NCBI GenBank assembly: GCA_049522975.1
Contig: JBEKNI010000012.1
Span: forward strand, 29,920 to 93,919
Origin: Terracidiphilus sp.
Lineage (GTDB): Bacteria; Acidobacteriota; Terriglobia; Terriglobales; Acidobacteriaceae
Direction of reading: 5' to 3'
DNA length: 64,000 nt
This document shows positions 7,992 through 17,484 of the stretch, one piece after another; position 1 is the stretch's first letter, and each line of letters begins with the position of its first letter. The notes below the pieces were generated by a model. It worked only from the letters and a program-made list of their open reading frames with translations, did not search any database and was not told the origin of the DNA. Position numbers and translations under genes: made by a program.

Positions 7992-8927
7992 TTATTCTCC
8001 GTCCGCAGGCCACACATTCACCGGATCGAGAAATCGCTGTGTGATCGGCGCGTAAGCGTCGATCCGCCGGTCGCGCAAAAAGGGCCAGTTGCGGCGCGTC
8101 TCTTCAATCAGCCCCAGGTCGATCTCGCCGATCAGAATCTCCTCGGCATCGTGCGAGGCCTTGGCGATGACCCGGCCAAAGGGATCGGCCAAGAAGCTGC
8201 CGCCCCAGAACTCCAGCCCCGGCCCCGTAGCACGATTTCCTAAAACGTCGCCGTGCTCCATGCCGACGCGATTCACTCCCGCCACATAAACGCCGTTGGC
8301 AATGGCGTGCGAGCGTTGAATCGTCTGCCACGCCTCATATTGCGCCGTGCCAAACTCGTCCTTCTCCGCCGGATGCCAGCCGATGGCCGTTGGATAAAAG
8401 AGCGCCTCGGCGCCCTGCAATGCCGTCAGCCGCGCGGCTTCCGGATACCATTGGTCCCAGCAGACCAGCGTGCCCACCCGGCCAAAATCTGTATCCACGG
8501 CCTGAAAGCCCAGGTCGCCCGGCGCAAAATAGTACTTCTCGTGATAGAGCGGATCGTCCGGGATGTGCATCTTGCGATAGACGCCGGCGATCTCCCCATC
8601 CGCATTCAAGGTGACCGCCGTGTTGTGGTAAAGCCCCGGCGCGCGCCGCTCGAAGAGCGAGGCGATGACGGCCACCCGCAACTCGCGAGCAACCTCTGCC
8701 AGCTGCGCCGTCGATGGCCCCGGAATCGGCTCGGCCAGATCGAAGAGACGAATATCCTCGCGCTGGCAAAAGTACTGCGAACGAAAAAGCTCCGGCAGGC
8801 AGACGATGTTCGCGCCCAGCCCCGCCGCCTCGCGGATATGCTCCATCGCCGAGGCGAAGTTGGCCTCCGGGTCGGCCCCCATGCGCATCTGCACCAAGCC
8901 CACGTTGTATTTGCGCGTAGTCGTCAT
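7992..8927 (-). CDS. aguB: N-carbamoylputrescine amidohydrolase (nitrilase family)
   Basis: Catalytic E-K-C triad (LPELF, YRKMHIP, LVCWDQWYPE), PTAIGW; operon context with aguA. Confidence 0.9.
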   Translation of the reverse strand: MTTTRKYNVGLVQMRMGADPEANFASAMEHIREAAGLGANIVCLPELFRSQYFCQREDIRLFDLAEPIPGPSTAQLAEVARELRVAVIASLFERRAPGLYHNTAVTLNADGEIAGVYRKMHIPDDPLYHEKYYFAPGDLGFQAVDTDFGRVGTLVCWDQWYPEAARLTALQGAEALFYPTAIGWHPAEKDEFGTAQYEAWQTIQRSHAIANGVYVAGVNRVGMEHGDVLGNRATGPGLEFWGGSFLADPFGRVIAKASHDAEEILIGEIDLGLIEETRRNWPFLRDRRIDAYAPITQRFLDPVNVWPADGE

Positions 8928-9066
8928 CGGCTGAAAACTAACTCTGTCACCATCGACGCCCGTTCAGTTTCGTGGTATCCCAGGTCCCATAACTGGGCCC
9001 CTTCAACAACGCTAGGCAAGGACCTGGGGCGCCTGCTCGGGTGGGCGATTCCCGCAGGATGCGCCG

Positions 9067-9627
9067 CTACTCTTCCAGAATCAGCACGGCAGCGGCAATT
9101 GTCGTTGTCCAGCGCCCGTTCTTGTCACCCACCGCCGATTGCGTCACGTTGCTGGTGCGGACGATCTTGTTGGAGATGCGGTAGATCTCCTTCTTCTCGT
9201 CCCAGCTCTTGTCCGGATCGAACTCCACGTCCAGCGTCGTGGCCAGCATCTCGGCGGCCAACTCCTCGGCGTACTCGCCGGCCTGCTCCTCGGTCTCGCC
9301 GAAGCTGTGATGCTCGCTTAGATAGCCGTAGGTGTTTTTGTCGGCCGGAATGGCCACGCCGATGCTCGACACCAGCAGCCGGTGAGCCTCGCGGGTTGAG
9401 TTCTCCGCGATCACCGCGAAAACTACCTCGCCTGGGTTGACCAGTTTCAGGCCCTCCTTGCGAGGGATCAACTTGCACTGCGGCGGAAAGATGGACGAGA
9501 CGCGCACCAGGTTCTGCGAGGCGATCCCCGCATCCCGAAGCGCCAGCTCAAAGGAGGTCAAACGCTCCTTGTGTTTGCCTACGCCCTTGGTGAAAAACAG
9601 CTTCTTCGGGACCATGCTTTTTCCCAA
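9067..9627 (-). CDS. pdaD: Pyruvoyl-dependent arginine decarboxylase
   Basis: [23 protein letters not shown] autocleavage Ser-Ser site; start at 9627 (TTG) or 9615. Confidence 0.92.
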   Translation of the reverse strand: MGKSMVPKKLFFTKGVGKHKERLTSFELALRDAGIASQNLVRVSSIFPPQCKLIPRKEGLKLVNPGEVVFAVIAENSTREAHRLLVSSIGVAIPADKNTYGYLSEHHSFGETEEQAGEYAEELAAEMLATTLDVEFDPDKSWDEKKEIYRISNKIVRTSNVTQSAVGDKNGRWTTTIAAAVLILEE

Positions 9628-9869
9628 TTTCTATGTGTCCTCCATGTCCTTGAAAATCGTCAGCTAGATACAACCTTACCGCATGAGTTTATCGCATCCG
9701 GGCGGGTTGGAACAGAGCATCGGCGAGTTTTATCTCACATTCACAAGACAAGGCGTCCTTCCGGCGCGGATCACGGCTCCAACCTGGCGCCATGCCGGCA
9801 ATCTGCGCCTTCTCAGCCTGCGCTCCCATGCTCTCTCTGCTACACTGCGAATTGTTTCCTCCATTCGCC

Positions 9870-11447
9870 ATGAAACAAGGCACGGCAATCATCATCGGAG
9901 CAGGCCCCGCCGGACTCACCGCCGCCATCGAGCTCCAGCGGACTTCGGCCATCAAGCCCATTCTGCTGGAGGCGAGCCAGGAGATCGGCGGCATCTCGCG
10001 CACCATCCGCTACAAGGGCAACCGCATGGATATCGGCGGTCATCGCTTTTTTTCCAAGTCGGACCGCGTCATGCGCTGGTGGCTCGACCTGATGCCCGTC
10101 GAAGCCGGCTCTACCCCGGACGGAGAACTGCGCTACCAGGGCCAGCAGCGCGATATTCCCGCAGCTGCCGCGGCGCCCGATCCGCAGACCGAAGACCTGG
10201 TCATGCTGATCCGTCAGCGCAAAAGCCGCATCTATTTCTTGCGCCGCTTCTTCGACTATCCCATCAGCCTGACCGCGGCCACCTTTAGGAACATGGGCCT
10301 GGCCCGCACCGTGCGTTGCGGCGCGAGTTATATGCGCTCGGCGCTGCTGCCCCAGCGCGAAGAGAAATCCCTCGAGGATTTCATTATCAACCGCTTCGGC
10401 AAGCAGCTTTACCTGACCTTCTTCAAATCGTATACCGAAAAGGTCTGGGGCGTGCCATGCGATCAGATCAGCGCCGAATGGGGCGCACAGCGCATCAAAG
10501 GACTCTCCTTGAAAGGCGTGGTGACGCACTTCTTCAAGAAGACCTTCGGCCGAAAAGAGTCAGGCGGCATTGCTCAGAAGGAGACTGAGACCTCGCTGAT
10601 CGAAAAGTTTCTCTATCCCAAGTTAGGTCCCGGCCAGCTTTGGGAACATGCCGCCGGCTTGGTCGAAAAGGGCGGCGGCGAGATCCATTTAGGCATCAAT
10701 ATCGACCGCATCAACGTGGCAGCAAACAAGGTGCTCTCGGTCGAGGGAGTCAACGGCGCCGGAGAACGTCGGACTTATGCGGGCGATTACTTCTTTTCCA
10801 CTATGCCCGTCCGCGATCTTGTTAGCGCTATCTCCGCGCCTGTCCCCACTGAGGTGACTGAAGTTAGCGACGGTCTCATGTATCGCGACTTCATTACTGT
10901 CGGCCTGCTCGCCCGCAAACTCACGGTGACGGAGAAGGACGGCTCACCGCTCAAGGATAACTGGATTTACATTCAGGAACCCGACGTAATGGTTGGCCGT
11001 CTGCAGATCTTCAATAACTGGAGCCCATGGCTGGTCGGCTCTCAAGATAAGGTCTGGATCGGCCTGGAGTATTTCTGCAACGAAACCGACCCGTTATGGA
11101 AGTTATCCGACGAGGAGATGGCGAAATTCGCCGTCGAGGAGATCGCCCGGATCGGCATTCTCAAGGCCGAGGATGTCGAGGATTCCCACGTCGTCCACGT
11201 TCCCAAGACTTATCCGGCCTACTTCGGAAGTTATGACCGCTTTGATGTTGTCCGTAATTATCTCGACGGCTTTGAGAATCTCTTTCTCGTGGGCCGCAAC
11301 GGAATGCATAAATATAACAATCAGGACCACTCCATGCTGACCGCCATGACCGCCGTCGAGAACATCCTCAACGGCGTGACCACCAAAGACAACATCTGGG
11401 CCATCAACACCGAGATGGAGTATCACGAGGAAAAGGCGGAGAAGTGA
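9870..11447 (+). CDS. FAD/NAD(P)-dependent oxidoreductase (protoporphyrinogen oxidase/UDP-galactopyranose mutase-like fold)
   Basis: IIGAGPAGL Rossmann motif, [25 protein letters not shown]; start moved from 9792. Confidence 0.85.
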   Translation: MKQGTAIIIGAGPAGLTAAIELQRTSAIKPILLEASQEIGGISRTIRYKGNRMDIGGHRFFSKSDRVMRWWLDLMPVEAGSTPDGELRYQGQQRDIPAAAAAPDPQTEDLVMLIRQRKSRIYFLRRFFDYPISLTAATFRNMGLARTVRCGASYMRSALLPQREEKSLEDFIINRFGKQLYLTFFKSYTEKVWGVPCDQISAEWGAQRIKGLSLKGVVTHFFKKTFGRKESGGIAQKETETSLIEKFLYPKLGPGQLWEHAAGLVEKGGGEIHLGINIDRINVAANKVLSVEGVNGAGERRTYAGDYFFSTMPVRDLVSAISAPVPTEVTEVSDGLMYRDFITVGLLARKLTVTEKDGSPLKDNWIYIQEPDVMVGRLQIFNNWSPWLVGSQDKVWIGLEYFCNETDPLWKLSDEEMAKFAVEEIARIGILKAEDVEDSHVVHVPKTYPAYFGSYDRFDVVRNYLDGFENLFLVGRNGMHKYNNQDHSMLTAMTAVENILNGVTTKDNIWAINTEMEYHEEKAEK

Positions 11448-11464
11448 GCCGCACGAAGATCATA

Positions 11465-11494
11465 TTGCAATCCCTGAATCCCAGATGGTAGCCT
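11465..11494 (+). promoter_or_regulatory. Candidate sigma70 promoter for icd, TTGCAA-N18-TAGCCT
   Basis: Visual match 40 nt upstream of the icd start. Confidence 0.4.
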
Positions 11495-11534
11495 TTTGCT
11501 CTAACCAAAGTGGAGAAAGGGTGCCTCAAAACCG

Positions 11535-12935
11535 ATGCAAGCCACCTATAACGGCCTGGAACTGCCGCAAGACGGCCAACCGATCGAGTATCTCAACGGG
11601 CAGATGCAAGTCCCCGATCATCCAATCATCCCCTTCATCGAGGGCGACGGCACGGGACGCGACATCTGGAAGGCCTCCGAGCGGGTCTTCGACGCCGCGG
11701 TCGAGAAGGCCTACGGCGGCCGGCGCGCCATCCGCTGGTTTGAGATCTTCGCCGGCGAAAAGGCCTTCCGCCGCTTCGGCGCATGGCTGCCCGACGATAC
11801 CGTGGCCGCGGCGCGCGACCTGAGAGTCTCCATCAAGGGACCGCTGACCACTCCGGTCGGCGGCGGCATCCGCTCGCTGAACGTGGCTCTGCGCCAGATT
11901 CTCGACCTCTACGCCTGTGTGCGGCCCGTCAAGTACTACCAGGGCGTTCCCAGCCCCGTGAAGCACCCTGAGCGGGTGGACATCGTGATCTTTCGCGAGA
12001 ACACCGAGGATGTTTACGCGGGCATCGAGTTCAAAGAGGGCTCCGCGGATGCCGCAAAGCTGATCTCATTTCTGAATGACGATCTCCTGTCCAAAACCAA
12101 GAAAAAAGTTCGCGCTGACTCCGGCGTAGGCATCAAGCCGATCTCCATCTTTGGCTCGAAGCGACTGGTCCGCTACGCCATCCGCGCCGCCATTGAGCAA
12201 GGCCGCAAGACCGTCACGCTGGTCCACAAGGGCAACATTCAGAAGTTCACCGAGGGGGCCTTCCGCGAGTGGTGCTACGAGGTCGCCCAGCAGGAGTTCC
12301 GCGCCCAGACCGTCACCGAGCGCGAGAGCTGGATTCTGGCCAACAAGGACGCCAACCCCGGACTCACCATCGAGCAGAACGCAGCCCTCATCGAGCCCGG
12401 CCTTGAAATGGCCAATCAGGCTTACCAGGATGCGGTCTGCGCGGAAGTCAAGGCCGTCCTCGAATCCATCGGCCAGAGCCACGGCAACGGCGCGTGGAAG
12501 TCGAAGGTGCTCATCAACGACCGCATCGCCGACTCGATCTTCCAGCAGATCATCATCCGCCCCGAGGACTACAGCGTGCTGGCGACAACCAATTTGAATG
12601 GCGACTACATCTCCGACGCCGCGGCGGCGCAGGTGGGTGGCCTCGGCATCGCGCCCGGCGCAAACATCGGCGATGGTTATGCCGTCTTCGAGGCCACCCA
12701 TGGCACCGCTCCCAAGTATGCCGACAAGGACGTCATCAATCCCGGCTCGGTTATTCTCTCCGGCGTCATGCTACTGGAGTTCATCGGCTGGAAAGAAGCC
12801 GCCAAACTGATCGAAGCCGCAATGGGAAAAACCATTCAGCAGAAGTTTGTCACCTATGATTTCGAGCGCCAAACCGCCGGCGCAACCAAAGTCGGCACCA
12901 GCGAATTCGCCACCCGCATCATCGGAAACATGTAG
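11535..12935 (+). CDS. icd: NADP-dependent isocitrate dehydrogenase
   Basis: [49 protein letters not shown]. Confidence 0.97.
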   Translation: MQATYNGLELPQDGQPIEYLNGQMQVPDHPIIPFIEGDGTGRDIWKASERVFDAAVEKAYGGRRAIRWFEIFAGEKAFRRFGAWLPDDTVAAARDLRVSIKGPLTTPVGGGIRSLNVALRQILDLYACVRPVKYYQGVPSPVKHPERVDIVIFRENTEDVYAGIEFKEGSADAAKLISFLNDDLLSKTKKKVRADSGVGIKPISIFGSKRLVRYAIRAAIEQGRKTVTLVHKGNIQKFTEGAFREWCYEVAQQEFRAQTVTERESWILANKDANPGLTIEQNAALIEPGLEMANQAYQDAVCAEVKAVLESIGQSHGNGAWKSKVLINDRIADSIFQQIIIRPEDYSVLATTNLNGDYISDAAAAQVGGLGIAPGANIGDGYAVFEATHGTAPKYADKDVINPGSVILSGVMLLEFIGWKEAAKLIEAAMGKTIQQKFVTYDFERQTAGATKVGTSEFATRIIGNM

Positions 12936-12938
12936 CGA

Positions 12939-12970
12939 CAGTTGTCAGTTGTCAGTGATCAGTTGTCAGT
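12939..12970. repeat. Heptamer tandem repeat (CAGTTGT)x4.5
   Basis: Read directly; inverted counterpart at 13109-13133. Confidence 0.9.
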
Positions 12971-12974
12971 CTTC

Positions 12975-13089
12975 GCTTTGTAACAGGGCACGGCTTTAGT
13001 CGTGCCGAAGAATTCAATTCAAGGCAACCGGGCCTTAGCCCCTGTGGGAACGACCAACATGCAGCCGAGCTTAATCAGAAGCTCACTAG
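12975..13089. mobile_element. Left-truncated copy of the IS5-like MITE
   Basis: GGGCACG(G/A)CTTTAGTCGTGCC and TTAGCCCCTG blocks as in 38383-38510; right end TTAATCAGAAGCTCA followed by CTAG. Confidence 0.65.
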
Positions 13090-13108
13090 CGCCGCACAGG
13101 AGATAATC

Positions 13109-13133
13109 ACTGACAACTGACTACTGACAACTG
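13109..13133. repeat. Heptamer tandem repeat (ACTGACA-type), reverse complement of 12939-12970
   Basis: Read directly. Confidence 0.9.
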
Positions 13134-13161
13134 GAAGAACGATTCCCCAAGGAGGAATGTA

Positions 13162-14088
13162 ATGCGCAAGAAAGTAAGCATTATCGGCGCCGGCAATGTT
13201 GGCTCAACCGCGGCACACTGGCTCATGGCCAAGGAACTGGCCGATGTGGTGATGATCGACGTGGTCGAGGGCGTGCCGCAGGGCAAGGCGCTGGACCTGC
13301 TCCAGGCGCTTCCCATCGAACGCTCCGACGTACACATCACCGGCTCCAACGATTACGCCGACACCGCCAACAGCGACATCGTGATCATCACCGCCGGCCT
13401 CCCCCGCAAGCCCGGCATGAGCCGCGACGACTTGCTGCATACCAACTTCAAAATCATGACCGATGTGGTCAAGAATGTGGTTGCCTATTCGCCCGAGTCG
13501 GTTCTCATCGTCGTCTCCAACCCGCTGGACGCGATGGTGCAGGCCGCCTATAAACTCTCCGGCTTCAACCGCGAGCGCGTCCTCGGCATGGCCGGCGTGC
13601 TCGATTCCGGCCGCTTCAAGAGCTTCATCGCCGAGGAGCTGCAGGTGAGCGTAGAGAACATGAGCTGCCTGGTTCTGGGCGGCCACGGCGACATGATGGT
13701 GCCGCTGGTTCGCTACACCACCGTCGCCTCCATTCCCATCACCGAATTGCTCTCCAAGGAGCGCATCGACGCCATCGTCCAGCGCACCCGCGAGGGCGGC
13801 GGCGAGATTGTGAAGCTGCTGAAGACCGGCAGCGCCTACTACGCGCCGGCGGCGGCGGCCGTCGAGATGGCCGAGGCCATCCTCAAGGACAAGAAGAAGA
13901 TTCTTCCCTGCGCGGCTTACCTGGACGGCGAGTACGGCGTCAACGGCTACTACATGGGCGTGTTATGCAAACTGGGCGCGGCCGGACTGGAGCAGATCGT
14001 CCAGATCAAGCTCAATGAGGAAGAGCGCGCCGCCTTCATGAGAAGCGCCGCCGCCGTCAAGGAGCTCTGCGACGTCATCGGCGTCTGA
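13162..14088 (+). CDS. mdh: Malate dehydrogenase (LDH-like)
   Basis: [44 protein letters not shown]; adjacent to icd. Confidence 0.96.
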   Translation: MRKKVSIIGAGNVGSTAAHWLMAKELADVVMIDVVEGVPQGKALDLLQALPIERSDVHITGSNDYADTANSDIVIITAGLPRKPGMSRDDLLHTNFKIMTDVVKNVVAYSPESVLIVVSNPLDAMVQAAYKLSGFNRERVLGMAGVLDSGRFKSFIAEELQVSVENMSCLVLGGHGDMMVPLVRYTTVASIPITELLSKERIDAIVQRTREGGGEIVKLLKTGSAYYAPAAAAVEMAEAILKDKKKILPCAAYLDGEYGVNGYYMGVLCKLGAAGLEQIVQIKLNEEERAAFMRSAAAVKELCDVIGV

Positions 14089-14231
14089 AGCCGCGCGAAT
14101 TCAAGCCAATCAAACGCGCAGGGCAGTCCGCGCGGCCCTTCGGCGTCTTTCTCCATCCATGGATGGAGAGATTCCTACTCCCATCTGCGGATGTGTGCGC
14201 CGCAGCCACCCGTCATGCTCAATGCATCGAC

Positions 14232-15092
14232 ATGAAAAGGCTTCCCCTTTCCCTGTTTTTCCTGCTGATCTCTGCCAGTTTGCACGCTCAAAGCGATCCA
14301 GCGAGCGCCGCCTCAGGCGGCTTCTACAACCGATGGGCGGCTCGTACCAACGCCATCCAATCCAAGCAGCCCGGTTGGGCTGTCCCGCTTGTCACGACTT
14401 ACACGGGACTCTTTCAGGTGGTGCGCACCGACATCCTCCGCCAGGTCGCGCCGGCCCTCACCACCACCTGGAACTTCGACAACAGCAAGGGCGTCAACCT
14501 GATTCTTTGCGACCGCGCCGAAGTCGCGGTTAACCTGCCGCCCTACATCCAGCACAACTCCAAGGCCAAGGATGGCGCGGGCGATATGTCCTTCCTCGGC
14601 AAGATCCGCATCGCGAGCGGCAACGCCCAGCACGGCAGCTACACGCTGAGCGCCTTTGCTCTGGCCACCATCCCCACCGGCAGCTATAAGAATGGCTCGA
14701 CCGACGCCAGCGTCGCGCCCTCCGTGGGCGCGGGCAAGGGCTTAGGCAACTTCGATGTGCAATCGACGATCGGCGCAACGCTGCCTACCGGCAAGCCGGC
14801 CATCACTACCGCCGGCCGTCCAATAGCGTGGAATACCGCGGCGCAATACCACTTCGGCAAGCTCTTCTGGCCGGAGGTCGAGAGCAACGCCACCTTCTAC
14901 AAAGGAGGAACGAACGACGGTAAGACACAGGAGTTCCTTACCCCCGGACTCATCGTGGGCAAGTGCGGATTGCATCCCTCCGACCCCAAATCGCGCCCCG
15001 GCCTCGCCGTCGGCGCGGGGATGCAGATCGCCGCCAGCCACTTTCACACCTTCAACCACGGGCTGGTGCTGACGGCGCGATGGATCTTCTGA
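14232..15092 (+). CDS. Putative outer-membrane beta-barrel protein
   Basis: Signal peptide MKRLPLSLFFLLISASLHA, amphipathic strands, C-terminal aromatic ARWIF. Confidence 0.65.
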   Translation: MKRLPLSLFFLLISASLHAQSDPASAASGGFYNRWAARTNAIQSKQPGWAVPLVTTYTGLFQVVRTDILRQVAPALTTTWNFDNSKGVNLILCDRAEVAVNLPPYIQHNSKAKDGAGDMSFLGKIRIASGNAQHGSYTLSAFALATIPTGSYKNGSTDASVAPSVGAGKGLGNFDVQSTIGATLPTGKPAITTAGRPIAWNTAAQYHFGKLFWPEVESNATFYKGGTNDGKTQEFLTPGLIVGKCGLHPSDPKSRPGLAVGAGMQIAASHFHTFNHGLVLTARWIF

Positions 15093-15093
15093 G

Positions 15094-16002
15094 CTATCGC
15101 TTCACAAACTCCACCACTCTGGGTCCGACCCGGTCAGCGCATTGCATCTGTGCCAAGTGTCCGCAGCCGGCAAAGACATCGAAGTCCGACTGCGGCGCCA
15201 GGCGGTGCATCGTCTCGCCCTGACTGAGCGGCGCAATATGGTCCTCGGCGCCCCACACAATCAGCACCGGCATCGTCAGCGCCGGCAGCAGCTTGTCGGT
15301 GGTGTCCTTGCCGGTGAGCATCGTAGCCACCGCCCGATGAACCACCCAGGCGCGGTCATTCGAGAAGCGCAGGATGTCCCGCGCGATGAAGCCCGGCACC
15401 CTGGGAGGATTGGGCATCAACAGTGCGTCCAGTTGTTCCAGTTCGGCGTGCGTCGTGGGCGTAAACAGCCGCGTATTCCAGGTGGGCTTCTCGTTGAGAC
15501 CGACCGCGTCGAAGAGGATCAGCCGGCGCACCCTCTCCGGATGCCGGCTGGCCACAATCTCGGCGATCCAGCCCCCCATCGAGGTGCCGCCCAGATTCAC
15601 TTGCTTCAACCCTAGCGCATCCAGCAGTCCCACGACCACCTCGGCCTGATCCGACACGGAATAGGAGAAATCAGCGGGTTTCTCGCTTCGTCCGAAGCCG
15701 GGCAGATCCACCAGATAAACGCGAAAACCGGCCTTGGTCAGCCGGGGCGCCAGGTTTTGCCACTCCTCCGCGCTCCCGCCCAGCCCGTGCACCAGCACAA
15801 TCGCCGGCCCGCCGCGCGGCCCTTCGGCAAGATAATGCACCCGATGGCCCGCAATCAGAACCGAACGGCTCTCCACGCCCGCGAGAAACTCCCCCAGATA
15901 CGCGCCTTCATTGAAGTAGCTGACCGGCCGCGCCCAGAAACCAATCCCGGCAACCGCAATCAGCACGCCCAAAATCCACAACAGCCTCTTGATCGCCTTC
16001 AT
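15094..16002 (-). CDS. Alpha/beta-fold hydrolase, N-terminal membrane anchor
   Basis: VHGLGG, nucleophile elbow GTSMGG, catalytic D (AEDH) and H (CGHL); ATGA overlap with the Nudix gene. Confidence 0.9.
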   Translation of the reverse strand: MKAIKRLLWILGVLIAVAGIGFWARPVSYFNEGAYLGEFLAGVESRSVLIAGHRVHYLAEGPRGGPAIVLVHGLGGSAEEWQNLAPRLTKAGFRVYLVDLPGFGRSEKPADFSYSVSDQAEVVVGLLDALGLKQVNLGGTSMGGWIAEIVASRHPERVRRLILFDAVGLNEKPTWNTRLFTPTTHAELEQLDALLMPNPPRVPGFIARDILRFSNDRAWVVHRAVATMLTGKDTTDKLLPALTMPVLIVWGAEDHIAPLSQGETMHRLAPQSDFDVFAGCGHLAQMQCADRVGPRVVEFVKR

Positions 16003-16463
16003 CGGCCCTCTCGCAATTCGTCCGCTAGCGCCTGCGCCCGCTGCCAACCCGCTTCGATAACCCGCACAGTGACCGGGTCGAGGCGCAGCGCGCTGTGGCT
16101 ATTCCACTCCGCCCGCTCCACCCAGCGCACCGCATCCGCGTCGCTGGCTGCCTGCAATGTGCCGCCCGCCGCGCGGCACAGGTAATCCGCAATCACATAA
16201 TGGTAGCGGACGCGTTTATCTTCCCGATGAATACGATCCAGCAACTCGATCAGTTCGATGGGTTCGACCGCTAGCCCGGTCTCTTCCCTCACCTCGCGCT
16301 TCACTCCGTCGATGAGCGATTCACCCAGCTCGAGCATTCCGCCCGGCAGCGACCACTGGCCCTTGAGCGGCTCGCGTCCGCGCCGCACCAGCAGCACCCG
16401 GCCCCGCTCGACCACCACCGCGCCCACCCCCACCAGCGGCGCCGCGGGAAATTCCCTCTCCAT
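15999..16463 (-). CDS. NUDIX hydrolase
   Basis: Nudix box GGMLELGESLIDGVKREVREETGL. Confidence 0.92.
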   Translation of the reverse strand: MEREFPAAPLVGVGAVVVERGRVLLVRRGREPLKGQWSLPGGMLELGESLIDGVKREVREETGLAVEPIELIELLDRIHREDKRVRYHYVIADYLCRAAGGTLQAASDADAVRWVERAEWNSHSALRLDPVTVRVIEAGWQRAQALADELREGR

Positions 16464-16508
16464 GATTCCTCCACATTCGGCCCAGGGCCGCTCACGGAAC
16501 CAAGAATC

Positions 16509-17393
16509 TTATCGGGAACAGAGTATCTTGTGCGCTTCCGCTTCGGCGTCCGCCGTTGACCGCGCCAGAATCGTATACGTGGTGGTCCGCTCGACGCTGT
16601 CGCCAGCGCTCAGCGTCGCCAGAGGGCCCATGGCCTCCAATTCGACATAAGGCAGCGGGTCGGGGTTGGTGTAGACCTCCGTCACGCAGCCGCCGTCGGG
16701 ATACTCTCCCGGCCCCGGCTCCGCGTCGATCCGAACCACGCAATTCGGCCCCACCCAGGCCATGCTGGTCGCATCCGAGCCGATCTTCACACACGCGCTA
16801 GGATGGCGCGCGAGCGAGAGCAACCCGGCCTCAATCCGCAGCCCCTCCGGCTCCGTCTCCATCAAACGCACGTAGCCATCCGCGAACTTCGACTGCTCCG
16901 GGAGCGGAACAAAAACGCGCTCCGGCTCCCGCATCTGGGTGATGCTCCATACGCCCACACGCACCGGCGTTCCAGCGATCTTGCGATACTCGGTCCTGAT
17001 CCGCAGAACGGGCTGCTCGGCATCCACTTCCACATGGCGCACAACTTGAATGCCAAATCCCGGATCGACGGGCGAGGTCAGCATCACGCCGCGCCCGGCG
17101 GCAACCGCCTCGACGGGCCGCGAATCGAAGCCCACCGGCGGCGGCCACTCGCGGCCTTGAAACTCCGGCCAGGCCGACTGCGGCGCCGGCCAGCACTTGT
17201 CTCCGCCGAAGTTGATCCACTCCTGCGAGGCCGCGTCATGGAGCCGGCCGTCCAGCTCGCGATTCTCCCAGAAGGCGCCCTCCTCCTCGCCCCTGAGGCG
17301 CAACTGCATCACACGTCCGATGGCGGGAACCACGAAGGCTTCCACGCTCCCGTTGGCGATCCGGTAGCAATTCGCCCAGCCATGATATTCCAC
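16509..17393 (-). CDS. DUF4380-like (galactose mutarotase-like fold) protein
   Basis: GW..CYRIANG..EAFVVPAIGRV, WINFGGDKCWPAPQ, YVELE pattern recognised from memory. Confidence 0.7.
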   Translation of the reverse strand: MEYHGWANCYRIANGSVEAFVVPAIGRVMQLRLRGEEEGAFWENRELDGRLHDAASQEWINFGGDKCWPAPQSAWPEFQGREWPPPVGFDSRPVEAVAAGRGVMLTSPVDPGFGIQVVRHVEVDAEQPVLRIRTEYRKIAGTPVRVGVWSITQMREPERVFVPLPEQSKFADGYVRLMETEPEGLRIEAGLLSLARHPSACVKIGSDATSMAWVGPNCVVRIDAEPGPGEYPDGGCVTEVYTNPDPLPYVELEAMGPLATLSAGDSVERTTTYTILARSTADAEAEAHKILCSR

Positions 17394-17409
17394 GTTAGAC
17401 CTTGCCTCC

Positions 17410-17462
17410 GGGGCTAAAGCCCAGGGTTGATCTTATTGGCGTTGTGCTGGGGCTGAAGCCCC
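17410..17462. repeat. REP-like doublet GGGGCTAAAGCCC / GGGGCTGAAGCCCC
   Basis: Two short hairpins; related GGGGCTTCAGCCC at 31440-31452. Confidence 0.6.
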
Positions 17463-17484
17463 AGCCTCCCTCCGAAGCCAAGCT

